The notes under the pieces were generated by a model. The model made no database searches and was not told where the DNA came from. It worked only from the letters and a program-made list of their open reading frames with translations. From Albugo candida (lineage: Eukaryota), in the NCBI GenBank assembly GCA_040437565.1, contig JBDOQK010000037.1:62001-126000 (forward strand): 64,000 nt of DNA, read 5' to 3'. Both the position numbers and the translations under genes were made by a program. Below are positions 37,948 to 49,198 of the stretch, one piece after another; the first letter of the stretch is position 1, and each line of letters opens with the position of its first letter.

Positions 37948-40810
37948 ATGGCTCCGGCGATTGAAGACATTGGCCATACAATATCACACGTCTCTGTACA
38001 AGCTTTGGGCAATTTAAATGCGCTTATAGAGCTTGTGGAAACCTTTTTACCGCGACAAGACACAGCCATCAATCTGCCAAGTATCAAAAATGCTATACCT
38101 CATTTACACCAATTAGTCGAAATCAGCAGCAAGTTGAGCGAATATGTGAGACAAATGTCGGAAGGATATCCCGTTATGAAGCCTCCATCCGCTTTGGATC
38201 GATCGTTTGGGAATATTTGCGTGCAACCAAACGGATTATCGAAAGCATCAGAACAGCCGTCTCTGTGGTCGGGTTTTTATACCAAAACCGTACGCGAAAG
38301 AATGGATGTGCTCCATTTAGTGTATCCGAAATTGAGTCATTTGATCAATACGAAAGAGACTCTGATAGTCAAATCGAAGGAATCGGTACGGAACATTGGA
38401 TATCTATCCATAAGAACAGCTGATCTGATGATTGAGAATTGCGTTGGAGTGCTCGGTCTTCCTCTCGGGTAAGTCAATATTTTGGGTCAGTTTTCATTTG
38501 GTATTCTCACTGTATCGTAGGCTCGGGCTGAATTTCATCATCGATGGACAGAGTTTCACGGTGCCAATGGCCATTGAAGAACCTTCTGTTGTTGCTGCTG
38601 CATCCAGTGCTGCGAAAATCATTGGCTCTGCTGGCGGTGGATTTTTCACATCGACTTCTGGCAACATAATGACCGCTCAAATTCAATTAATTGACACCCG
38701 CGATATACCGCGAGCAATCGAGAAAATTGGGGAGAATCGTCAGCGATTGCTGCATTTGGCTAATGAAAAATCCTGCCCAAGCATGTACAAACGTGGAGGT
38801 GGCGCAATCGACATCTATTGCCGTGTAGTGACTCAAGCAGATTGTGCCAGCCGTAGTAATTGGTACAATCCCGCGAACGATGAGCTGGAGATCCGTGCAA
38901 GCTCTTCCAATGTGAAATTCCTAGTTGTCCACGTCGATATCGACGTCTGTGAAGCAATGGGAGCAAATGTGGTCAATTCAGTAGCGGAAGGATTATCCGA
39001 TGAAGTTTGTGCCATCACAGAGAGCAGTTGCGGTCTACGTATACTTACCAACTTTTGTACCCAAAGGAGAGCTCGTGCTGCATTTGAGATCCCGACTGCA
39101 GAATTGGGCTGGAAAGGTGTGAGCGGAGCAGATGTCGCTCATCGCATTGTTGAAGCGTATAATTTCGCTGCCGTCGACCCGTTCAGAGCAGTCACAAACA
39201 ATAAAGGGATCATGAATGGGATTGATGCGGTCGCTCTTGCAACTGGACAAGACTGGAGAGCTATTGAAGCTGGTGCTCACTGTTACGCATGTCGATCTGG
39301 ACAATACAAAAGCCTCTCAAAGTATGAAATCATCACGAAATCGGACGGTATTGACATCCTTCAGGGGAGTCTGGAACTTCCAATGGCAGTTGGGTCGAAA
39401 GGTGGGGCGCTACAGACCCACCCCGGCTACGCTGTAACTCGTGCGATATTGGGCGATCCGAGTGCGCGAACACTGAGTGGAATCATTACTGCTGTCGGAC
39501 TTGCACAAAATTTCGCTGCAGTTCGCGCGATTGCTGTCACTGGAATCCAGCATGGTCATATGGCGCTTCACGCTCGCAACTTTGCTGTTGTCGCTGGTGC
39601 ACCAAGTCAATTGGTCACCGAAGTTTGTGCGTATATGCTGGGGCGCAAAAGTATCAATCTCGATACAGCCAAAGATTACCTCCAAGCACATGCGCTGTTC
39701 TCTTCGTTCTGGAACTCACCTCCGCAGTCGCCAGTCAAAGTGACGCCCCCGTCCATGTTTTACGTAGAAGTTCCTGTTCCAGGACTGGATCGACATATAA
39801 GTCTCAATATCGCATTCGAATCGTTAGGAACGCATCCACAATACATCGCGATAAAGCCGACATCCGAGAAGATACAAAGTGAATGCTTGACACTTCAGCA
39901 TCAATTATTGGGCGATAAAGGGTACAGACAATTGGAAAGTATGTTTTCATTTGTCGCTTCGATGCGCTCTGTGCTGACTCCCAAACAACCACTCGATACA
40001 CAAGTGACTAGAGTGAATCTCGAATTCCAAAATACGCTTCAATTGGTATCGATACTGATCAATATTTTATCGTATCGATTGGTGGAAGTCGCACCTCATA
40101 CTGTTCCAGCTTTTATCGCCAAATTGCTTCATTCGTCGCCATCAGAAGTGGGGACAATCACCTTTCGAGCAATGGTACAAGATATTTCATTATCGAATCA
40201 AGTCCTTTGCGTTGGGCTGCCGCTGCTGTTTGCATTATGGCAAGTGTTACACTACCGAGTGGAGCAAGAAGTAGTCTCCGCATTCTTGCGAAATGAGATT
40301 CTACAAGAACAAAGACTTATTCTCCGTGCTCTCGTAGCGAGCTTTTGCACAATCAACCAGGATGAGGCTGATAGTACGAATTCCGACACACCAGATAAAG
40401 CCTTTGAACAATTTATGCGAGTGCATTCGAAGCGATGGCAAGCCACTATGTTACTGCTGATCGATTCACTTACTCTGGCGCCAGAATTACGTCCACAAGA
40501 CGCACTTCCGTATCTTCATGACATTGGTGAGCTGTTGGAGTGGAAGGGCACTGTGGCGCACGATATCGCTCGGTACAAGCGAGCAATCCAAGAGCACGAG
40601 CCAAACGCCTTTATCTTTTGGCTCAAGAAGAGAAATATCAATCCGGCGATGGGCGATGGCTACATTGACAAGTTTCAAGCGTTCCTCAATCCGTTGTTTA
40701 CTGAAAGAGTGGATCATTTACAGCAGCAGATTAGCGGTACACATATGATCGATCTTGCGGCTGTAAAGTGTCTACTTGTGCGTATACAAAATGTATACAA
40801 AGAAATATGA
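37948..40810 (+). CDS. Class II HMG-CoA reductase with a long C-terminal extension; intron 38469-38520; start uncertain (37948 or 38155)
   Basis: SGFYTKTVRER, MIENCVG, EEPSVVAAAS, EAMGANVVN, TNNKGIMNGIDAV, GQDWRAIEAGAH, GLAQNFAA and GIQHGHMALHAR. The catalytic Glu, Lys, Asp and His of class II enzymes are present. Confidence 0.93.
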
Positions 40811-40818
40811 TAGATGCC

Positions 40819-41321
40819 TCAATTCGCTTTCTTTTGCTGTTGTAAGATCACATACGCGATCGCATACTCGTGATCGTGTGAGATCGAAACCTTTGGCTCC
40901 TGTAGCACAGAATATAGCGATGCGAAATTGAAGGAAAATGGACGTACCACAATGTGCATACTGCGTGCTAATGATTCCAAATGTCCATGGAATTTCAACT
41001 GGGGAGCACATTTCTGTATTCCATTGGCTGAAGAGACGACACGGATTTCCGAAAACGATATTCGATGGTGCTGAAATGCTTTATAGACTGCTTCTTTGAC
41101 TGCCCACCTGTACTTGAAATGTAAAGTGCTCGAGATAATGTTCAAATAGGTCACCTTGAGGCGAGGAAATGTGCTTTAGATCGAGTTGACTTGTGGTGGA
41201 ATTCTTTTATCTCGTTTTTGTGGTACGCTCGTTTTAGGAAACGCTCTCCGTAGCGCTCAAATATCTTGATGAATCGTGGGACATATGCGATATCGATTCC
41301 GATTCCAAATATTTGCATCAT
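40819..41321 (-). CDS. acpS: Holo-[acyl-carrier-protein] synthase (AcpS-type phosphopantetheinyl transferase), two introns
   Basis: IFGIGIDIAYVPRF..YGERFLKRAY..FLASR/WAVKEAVYKA..VSISHDHEYAIAYVIL. Confidence 0.92.
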
Positions 41322-41552
41322 TTTGTGGGAATTTAGCCAATGAGAATATATACTTTGCTCATTTCTACCAATAAAAGGGTACAGAATAATGAGCTCGCAT
41401 CGAAAAATATATCTATTTGAGATGCAGCGATAAAAAACATCAGCATGTACTCATCGTTGCCGCTTGTTGAATGCAATTGCGTAATGAACACATTTTATCG
41501 CCATTCAAGTTCTTCGAAATCACATTTTAACACTTTACGATGAAAGACATTT

Positions 41553-41932
41553 TAACTCTCTTTGCTTTCGATGAACGCATTAGAGTACGTCGTAAGAATT
41601 TCGAGTTCATGTGTAGATAATGCTGGACCAGTGTAGTTGAATTGTGTGAACACGTTAAGTAGAGCTTTACCCTGAACTACAATGTGAGTAATGGAATAGT
41701 CGATCGACGAATGCAATCGTGTGCGAAAAAGATGACGTCGTGAACGAAATCTACGCTGCTGGTGGATGACTGAGTGCATATCCAATGTGACTGCAGCACT
41801 ACTTGCTTGCCAGGATTACATCGCTGATCATTTTACTTTCGTCCAAGGTAATGAGAGCTATTTGCGATAGTCTATCCTCCAGAAGACCGATATGCTGTGC
41901 GTCAGATTGCCTCTATCCATATCGCGCATCAA
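41553..41932 (-). pseudogene. Inverted 5' fragment of a TTC27 copy
   Basis: The reverse complement aligns to ~22241-22697 with substitutions and internal deletions; for example, NYTGPALSTHELEI is shared. Confidence 0.82.
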
Positions 41933-42192
41933 CGAAGATACGCAGTATTTGCGTTCATCAGCATCGGATCCTTTTGCGGCCAATGTCGTATCATCCATTC
42001 GAGTATCAGTAGCTATGTACGTATAGTGTACACGTACTTGATGTGAGGTCTACGTGGATGTAACAACACATCAACACAGGTTCATTACATAANNNNNNNN
42101 NNNNNNNNNNNNNNNNNNNNNNNNNNNNNNNNNNNNNNNNNNNNNNNNNNNNNNNNNNNNNNNNNNNNNNNNNNNNNNNNNNNNNNNNNNNN

Positions 42193-42692
42193 TTTGGGAA
42201 GGAATGCTCGCTCAGTTTTTGGAGGAGGAAGGAGTAGCAAATGATAGCTCTCGACCCACAGACAGAGCATTTTTTGCCTTGGGGAGTACGAGACAATCGT
42301 TTTGTGATGTCCGGCAGCTTTCAATGACTCTGAGTAAAAAGCTAGGGGTACACGTACAGCCGTGCTGGCTGTCTCCACAAAGTATAATCGACAAGAGTGA
42401 GTCAAAATCGTTCTATACCGCGCTCGAATGCACCTTGCGAGTGATGAGACGGAATCACAGTTCGTCTTTTGACATTGTGGTGCTTCCAATTGAGTTGGAA
42501 GCGAATTGTGCGTTTCGACAAGCCGTAAAGAGCGATGTCTCGCGGTGTTGTGAGCAGTTTGACAATTGAGAATTGCAAATGGACTGATCGAAGAAGACGA
42601 TCGTTTTGGTGTAAATCTGGCTCGTAATTTGGATCTGCTTACAACGGAAGCTCCACAGACTGTTGTTCTCGTAGACAGTTGTCATTCCTTCG
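42193..42692 (+). pseudogene. Deleted duplicate of the SDR-fusion 3' half
   Basis: Matches the reverse complement of ~26410-27090 but carries a ~10-bp deletion at ~42561 (stop follows) and a ~330-bp deletion at ~42692. Confidence 0.85.
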
Positions 42693-42781
42693 AGTAAAAG
42701 GATGCATTTCTGTCGTATTAAAAATCCCATGCCTCCACCGTCTTCTATTCAACCACTTACTGTACTCTTCATCAATTGGAT

Positions 42782-44156
42782 ATGAGCACATTTGGAAGAC
42801 TTTTCCGCGTCACAACGTACGTTCTATCCTGTCGAATCTCCTCATTCACACACTATCTACAGATTCGGCGAGTCCCATTGCAAAGGCGTTGGCTGTATCG
42901 TAGACGGCGTTCCTCCCTGTCTCTCCCTGACAGAAGCAGACATTCAACCCCAACTCACACGTCGTCGACCCGGACAAAGCACAATCACAACGCCGAGAGA
43001 TGAAAAAGACGCAGTCACCATTCTGAGCGGTACGGAGAGAGGTCAAACGCTCGGAACACCCGTTTCGCTGTTCGTTGCCAATGAAAACATTCGGCCGTCC
43101 GATTACAAAGAAATGAGCGCGGTACCGAGGCCGGGGCATGCCGACTACACGTATATGGTGAAATACGGCACGCATGCATCCAGCGGGGGCGGTCGATCGA
43201 GTGCCAGAGAAACAATTGGTCGTGTGGCTGCAGGCGCTATCGCTGAGAAATGGCTTTATGAGAAATACGATACGAAAATCGTCGCATGGGTCAGTGCGAT
43301 CGGTACGGTGGAAATGCCTCTCACCACATTGGGGTCGATGTGTGAAACTGGTTTTGAGCGTATGCAAGTGGATACACTCGGGAGCCTATCGATCTTGCGA
43401 GATCCAGCACGCTGGCGATGTGAAGGCGATGAGAAGGATAGTGGTGCATTTGAAGCCTGGTTTGCGTCCGAGATGGAGGATTCCGTGACGCCTGCGTATA
43501 TGGACTCGGAGAAGAACGTATACAATCGATTCGGCGATCGAGTGACGACTCCAGACGAGCTCGATAAATGGATATCGAATGATCTCGTTCCAGTACGATG
43601 TCCTCATCCTCCGTCGGCTTGTGCGATGGCAACAGAAGTTCGAATTTGCAAGCACGAAATGGACTCTACAGGCGGCATCATCACATGTGTCATCCGTAAT
43701 GTTCCCGTCGGACTTGGAGAACCGTGTTTTGACAAGTTACAAGCAGTGTTGGCGCATGCGATGTTATCGCTTCCTGCGACCAAAGGCTTTGAAATTGGCT
43801 CAGGGTTTCCAGGCACACGAAAGCGTGGATCACAACATAATGATCCGTTTTGTAGCACTGGAGAAATTGGGAAGCTATCAGTGACCAAAAATGACGCCGG
43901 TGGCGTCCTCGGGGGAATCTCAAGTGGAGCGAATATATACTTTCGAGTTGCGATCAAGCCCGTATCGACGATCGCACAAGCGCAAGAAACAGTCGACTAT
44001 GATGGTAATACGATCCTTTTGGAAGCCAAAGGGCGTCATGATCCGTGCGTATTACCTCGCGCTGTCCCGCTGATTGAGGCGATGGCTGCACTTGCGATCG
44101 CCGATGCTGCGATGATCCAATTGTCTCGCGAAGGCGCTCGCGTGCACCACACTTAA
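42782..44156 (+). CDS. aroC: Chorismate synthase, one short intron near the 5' end
   Basis: MSTFGRLFRVTT/FGESH, RRRPGQS, PRPGHAD, GGGRSSARET, GLGEPCFDKL and GRHDPCVLPRA. Confidence 0.97.
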
Positions 44157-44214
44157 ACGCATCATCGAGTCAGTATACGTCTATTACCACCGAATGCAAT
44201 TGTTACGTCACAGC

Positions 44215-47200
44215 TCATATTTCATCGAAATGCCACTCGTTCGCTGGCACTTTTGTCGCACAAAATAGTGAGAACAGATATTTGGCTCTACTCCACCAAT
44301 TTCGATGTCGACGGTATCGGAAGACGGCAAAAATCATCAATATCGCCGCAATCGGTACCATAGCTCTCTTCCTATTCGATCGACGTGTCCGTGTTATCGC
44401 GAAAAAAGGCCAAGTCTCATGAGCTGTCAGTTGATCTTCTTCGATGACTGGAGCCCTGCATGACATGTGAGGCTTCTCAATGCATCGGAATCAAAGCGCT
44501 TACAAATGCTGATTGATGATGAAACGATTCGATCGATGATTTGGATCGGCTAAAGGTTTCTTCCGTATCAACGGCATTGCTGCTTTTGTGTCTCTTTGGG
44601 CGAGCATTTGCATATCGGAAAGCGAGTAATTTCTATTCGACTGCACGACCTCATCACAGGGAAATGCTCGGGGAATTGTATGTGATTCCTACCTTTGTCG
44701 TCGACACACAGAGAGATTTGAGCAAATCGATGACATCGGTGTAATCGTCGACGTAAAACTTGGCTTTTGATGGTTTTCGACCCACAGTGCATGTGAATGC
44801 GTTCTCTTCACACGAATTCCCACTACACGTCCACGTTTGGATGCGTTGGAACATGAGCTCATCAGCGACATCGTCTCCAGCACAAAATATAAAGTCGGGA
44901 GCATTTCCATCCGATCGCATTTTTTCCAAAATGTACCCAACGATATTGCCTTTCCCGACGCTCGACAGCCTGACTTCGATGTAATCTTTGCCCTGAATCA
45001 CACTCAGCGGCCATTTCTATTCAAAAGCGCAACGCTCAACGTGCGAAATCGATTGTCTGTGCAAACCTCAAAAAGCTGTTCCAAATGCTGTTTCAATTCG
45101 GCGGCTTGGATAGCGCCAAATTCCGAGTCGGATTTCGCGTATCGGAAGAGCACTGCGCTTTTACGAAATTCGACGGACGATCCATTCGTTCGATCCACAT
45201 ACAACTGAATCGTTCGTTGTGCTTTCTCACGCCATAATTGGTTGCAGGATGCGACTTGGAACACGTCTCCATGACACTTCCACGGCCTGAGCATGCAATC
45301 TCAAAATGGATGATGGAAAAGACCGAAAGCTTACCTGACCAATCTCGCATTTGATCCAAGAGGTGCCTGACGAATGTAGTACCCGTGCTCTGCAACGAGC
45401 CCAAGACCAGGAACGGACCCGAATCTCTCTGTGAGAATGTCACAATCGCATCCGCTCACAATGAAAACAGTGTTGCGTGGATCTCGACATAAATGCTCTA
45501 ATGTCGACAGTGCAGTGAGTGGAACGTCCGGCCATTGCACACCCAATACTTTGGACACATCGGGTGTGATGGTGCGATAATAATCCAAGAAAATGGCTCG
45601 CGTTTTGCTTGTTCGATACGCAGGCACTAATATGCTGTCAGTGAGTTTCTACATCGATGGAATTAGTTGGAAAATACGATTGTGGAGCATTCGTACGCGG
45701 AAACCGGCACTCATCTTCATGAAGCGTACATCGAGTCCAAATCCAGTGGAGAAATACGCTTGTGGATCTTGTGTGTTTTCCTCAGCATTGAGAATATCGG
45801 TCACAATACAATTGATCCAGCGTTCCGGCGATTGCGAATGGATGAATTGATAGTCACAATCTCGTCGATACTCGCGTTCTTTCGATGAAATATAAAGCGC
45901 ATGACGAAGTGCATCGACTAATTGATCACATTCCCACGGATTGACAATCNNNNNNNNNNNNNNNNNNNNNNNNNNNNNNNNNNNNNNNNNNNNNNNNNNN
46001 NNNNNNNNNNNNNNNNNNNNNNNNNNNNNNNNNNNNNNNNNNNNNNNNNAGAGGTGCCTGACGAATGTAGTACCCGTGCTCTGCAACGAGCCCAAGACCA
46101 GGAACGGACCCGAATCTCTCTGTGAGAATGTCACAATCGCATCCGCTCACAATGAAAACAGTGTTGCGTGGATCTCGACATAAATGCTCTAATGTCGACA
46201 GTGCAGTGAGTGGAACGTCCGGCCATTGCACACCCAATACTTTGGACACATCGGGTGTGATGGTGCGATAATAATCCAAGAAAATGGCTCGCGTTTTGCT
46301 TGTTCGATACGCAGGCACTAATATGCTGTCAGTGAGTTTCTACATCGATGGAATTAGTTGGAAAATACGATTGTGGAGCATTCGTACGCGGAAACCGGCA
46401 CTCATCTTCATGAAGCGTACATCGAGTCCAAATCCAGTGGAGAAATACGCTTGTGGATCTTGTGTGTTTTCCTCAGCATTGAGAATATCGGTCACAATAC
46501 AATTGATCCAGCGTTCCGGCGATTGCGAATGGATGAATTGATAGTCACAATCTCGTCGATACTCGCGTTCTTTCGATGAAATATAAAGCGCATGACGAAG
46601 TGCATCGACTAATTGATCACATTCCCACGGATTGACAATCAAAGCTCCGCTTAGAACCCGACTGCTTCCTGCAAACTCACTCAAAATGACGACTCCCGCA
46701 CCACTTCTGTCCGAAAGCCCACGTCGAAAATCAGCAAATTGTCAGCGAAATAGACGTACTTGTGAGTCGCAATAAACTCCAACGGTGAGGGATTGTATCC
46801 TTCGCGCAGGACAGTGATTAGCTGTATGTCTGCTACTCGCCATAACGCCACACGCTGATGGAATGTGAACTCATTCACTTCTTCGTACTCGATAACGTCG
46901 CGTTTTGCCAGTGATCGGTACTTTGTATTGATACTATCGACCACGTGCTCGATTTCCTTTTTGCTCTGCATGTAGTCTGTCCATCTTCCACGCTGATGGA
47001 TCCCTTTTTGGATCAAAATAACATTTCCAATGAATTCCGAACATCGCTCCAAAAGCTATGCGGAATGTAGTCGGAATGTGGNNNNNNNNNNNNNNNNNNN
47101 NNNNNNNNNNNNNNNNNNNNNNNNNNNNNNNNNNNNNNNNNNNNNNNNNNNNNNNNNNNNNNNNNNNNNNNNNNNNNNNNNTATGCGGAATGTAGTCGGA

Positions 47201-48496
47201 ATGTGGTCAGAATGTAGTCGAAAGTAGTCAGATAAAAGTACGGATACCTTATCAAAGGCTAAGAATTTGAGCGGAATTCCTTTGAGCCGTTCGATTGTGT
47301 CACAGCCAGCGATGATTTTGCATCCGGAATGCTGTTGTCGAAGTGAGATCACGTGATTCCGTACCTCGTCGTTTTGTAACGCGGTGTCGATACGATCGAT
47401 TGAAATTCCCATATGACAGCAAGTGACTGAGATCTGACGTCCTGCGTATTCGATCCCAAATTGTCCCTTGGCCAGCGGACTGGACGATAGATTCAGTAAG
47501 CGCTTGCAGCATGAGAGAAAATGTCGTGAATATCTTGCAAGAATTGATATATTGTGAGAATTGTCGACAAGTTTTATAATATAGTATAATGACGTACTCG
47601 AAGAAATGAAAGCCGACATGATCTGCATTCAGAATCCCAGTGAGAAGCTTCTTCCTAGTAGACAATGTTCGAAAGACTTCGGAGGATGGGAATGGGACAT
47701 GAAAAAAAATTCCCATCTTGATTCTTCGATGTTTTTTCTTCCGCATCAGATGCGAAGGGAGTAAGCATAATTCATAATCCTGTATCCAAATTATATTATG
47801 TTTCGAGTGAGATTGCTCATTGGTTGAAATATCGACGATGGAATCATAAATGGCGATGATAACTTGCGCGAAACGCTGATTCATATTGACGTACGCTTGC
47901 CAAGTGGATTGCTGGCTTGACGGCGTCCAGAAAGATTGAATAGAGCTCTGACCCATCCCCTTGTGCTCTGGTGCTTCTTGTTCCGTGATCACTTGCAACG
48001 GACTGTACAAATCAACGACATTATGGAACACCGGCCATAAAGTTTGCTTGCAATACGCTTCAAAAAGCGTCTCCACTGAATCCTGACTCGTACTATCGTT
48101 CATGCATACAGGAAAGCAATGATACGAATCACGCAAGAGGTTCTCTAATTCGCTTTGCTCATCTTTCGCCAACATCATATGATCTAAAGCAGCTGGAAGT
48201 CGGCCAATATAATACGACTGATACGTTGATGAGCTTTCCACAGAAGTATCCATAATGCGTTCATTTGTCCATTCCACCTGCCATTGCTTCATCGTGACAT
48301 TTACTGCGTCAAACAACATATAAAAAGTCTCTGTACGGCAATTGAGCATTCAACACTCTTCACCTGTCGTTTCTGCATGCTCCGTAGTTGTCTCAATGCG
48401 TTTTAAATAAATAGGAAGGCGATACGAGACGATAAAAACTCGTGTCTTCTCCATCGATCCGGCAGATCGTTCACGGAACCCACCTTCGTCCAACAT
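44215..48496 (-). CDS. Bifunctional trehalose-6-phosphate synthase/phosphatase (GT20 + HAD), multi-exon, with gap-duplicated segment
   Basis: RVFIVSYRLP, YCKQTLWPVFH, IWIQDYEL, FFHVPFPSSEVFR, ERLKGIPLKF, SEFAGSSRVLSGA, IFLDYYRT, AEHG and CAGDDVADELMF. Bases 45359-45949 are repeated at 46050-46640. The last exons are inferred from GT-AG sites. Confidence 0.88.
47057..47230 (+). repeat. Intronic ~11-bp tandem repeat (CGGAATGTAGT-like) around an N gap
   Basis: Visible array gcggaatgtagtcggaatgtggtcagaatgtagtcgaaagtagtcag. Confidence 0.7.
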
Positions 48497-49198
48497 TCAC
48501 AACCAACCGTACGAGTGATAAATGTTGCACGAAGAAGCCTCCGCACTTCCGCCAAGAGGACCGCGTTTCCTGTCATGCAACCAGTACTCCCACTCGAATG
48601 ACACCACCCGCCACATCCTAACGTATCATTTCGCATCAAGTAGCCACAGCGAATGCGTTTGTAATAGAAATCCGCTTCCGTATCCTTTACTTTTTCTACT
48701 CAAAAAAAGTCCATGAGTGACGTGCTCTCTGTCAATCGATTGAGTCCCATCTCACTCTATCCTCACACCCTCAACACAATTTGAGTATATGAATTCCTCA
48801 TTTTTCGTACTTTAAATTTTTNNNNNNNNNNNNNNNNNNNNNNNNNNNNNNNNNNNNNNNNNNNNNNNNNNNNNNNNNNNNNNNNNNNNNNNNNNNNNNN
48901 NNNNNNNNNNNNNNNNNNNNNTCCTGTCATGCAACCAGTACTCCCACTCGAATGACACCACCCGCCACATCCTAACGTATCATTTCGCATCAAGTAGCCA
49001 CAGCGAATGCGTTTGTAATAGAAATCCGCTTCCGTATCCTTTACTTTTTCTACTCAAAAAAAGTCCATGAGTGACGTGCTCTCTGTCAATCGATTGAGTC
49101 CCATCTCACTCTATCCTCACACCCTCAACACAATTTGAGTATATGAATTCCTCATTTTTCGTACTTTAAATTTTTATCGCTATTTTTCGTGCAGCAGA

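Noticed and set aside
47057..47230. CRISPR-like or telomeric repeat
   Set aside because: A short degenerate intronic tandem repeat without spacers; eukaryotic context; not TTTAGGG or TTAGGG.
37948..48496. HMGR-AcpS-chorismate synthase-TPS as a biosynthetic gene cluster
   Set aside because: These are unrelated primary-metabolism pathways with no PKS, NRPS or tailoring genes, and the adjacency is partly created by the inferred inversion.
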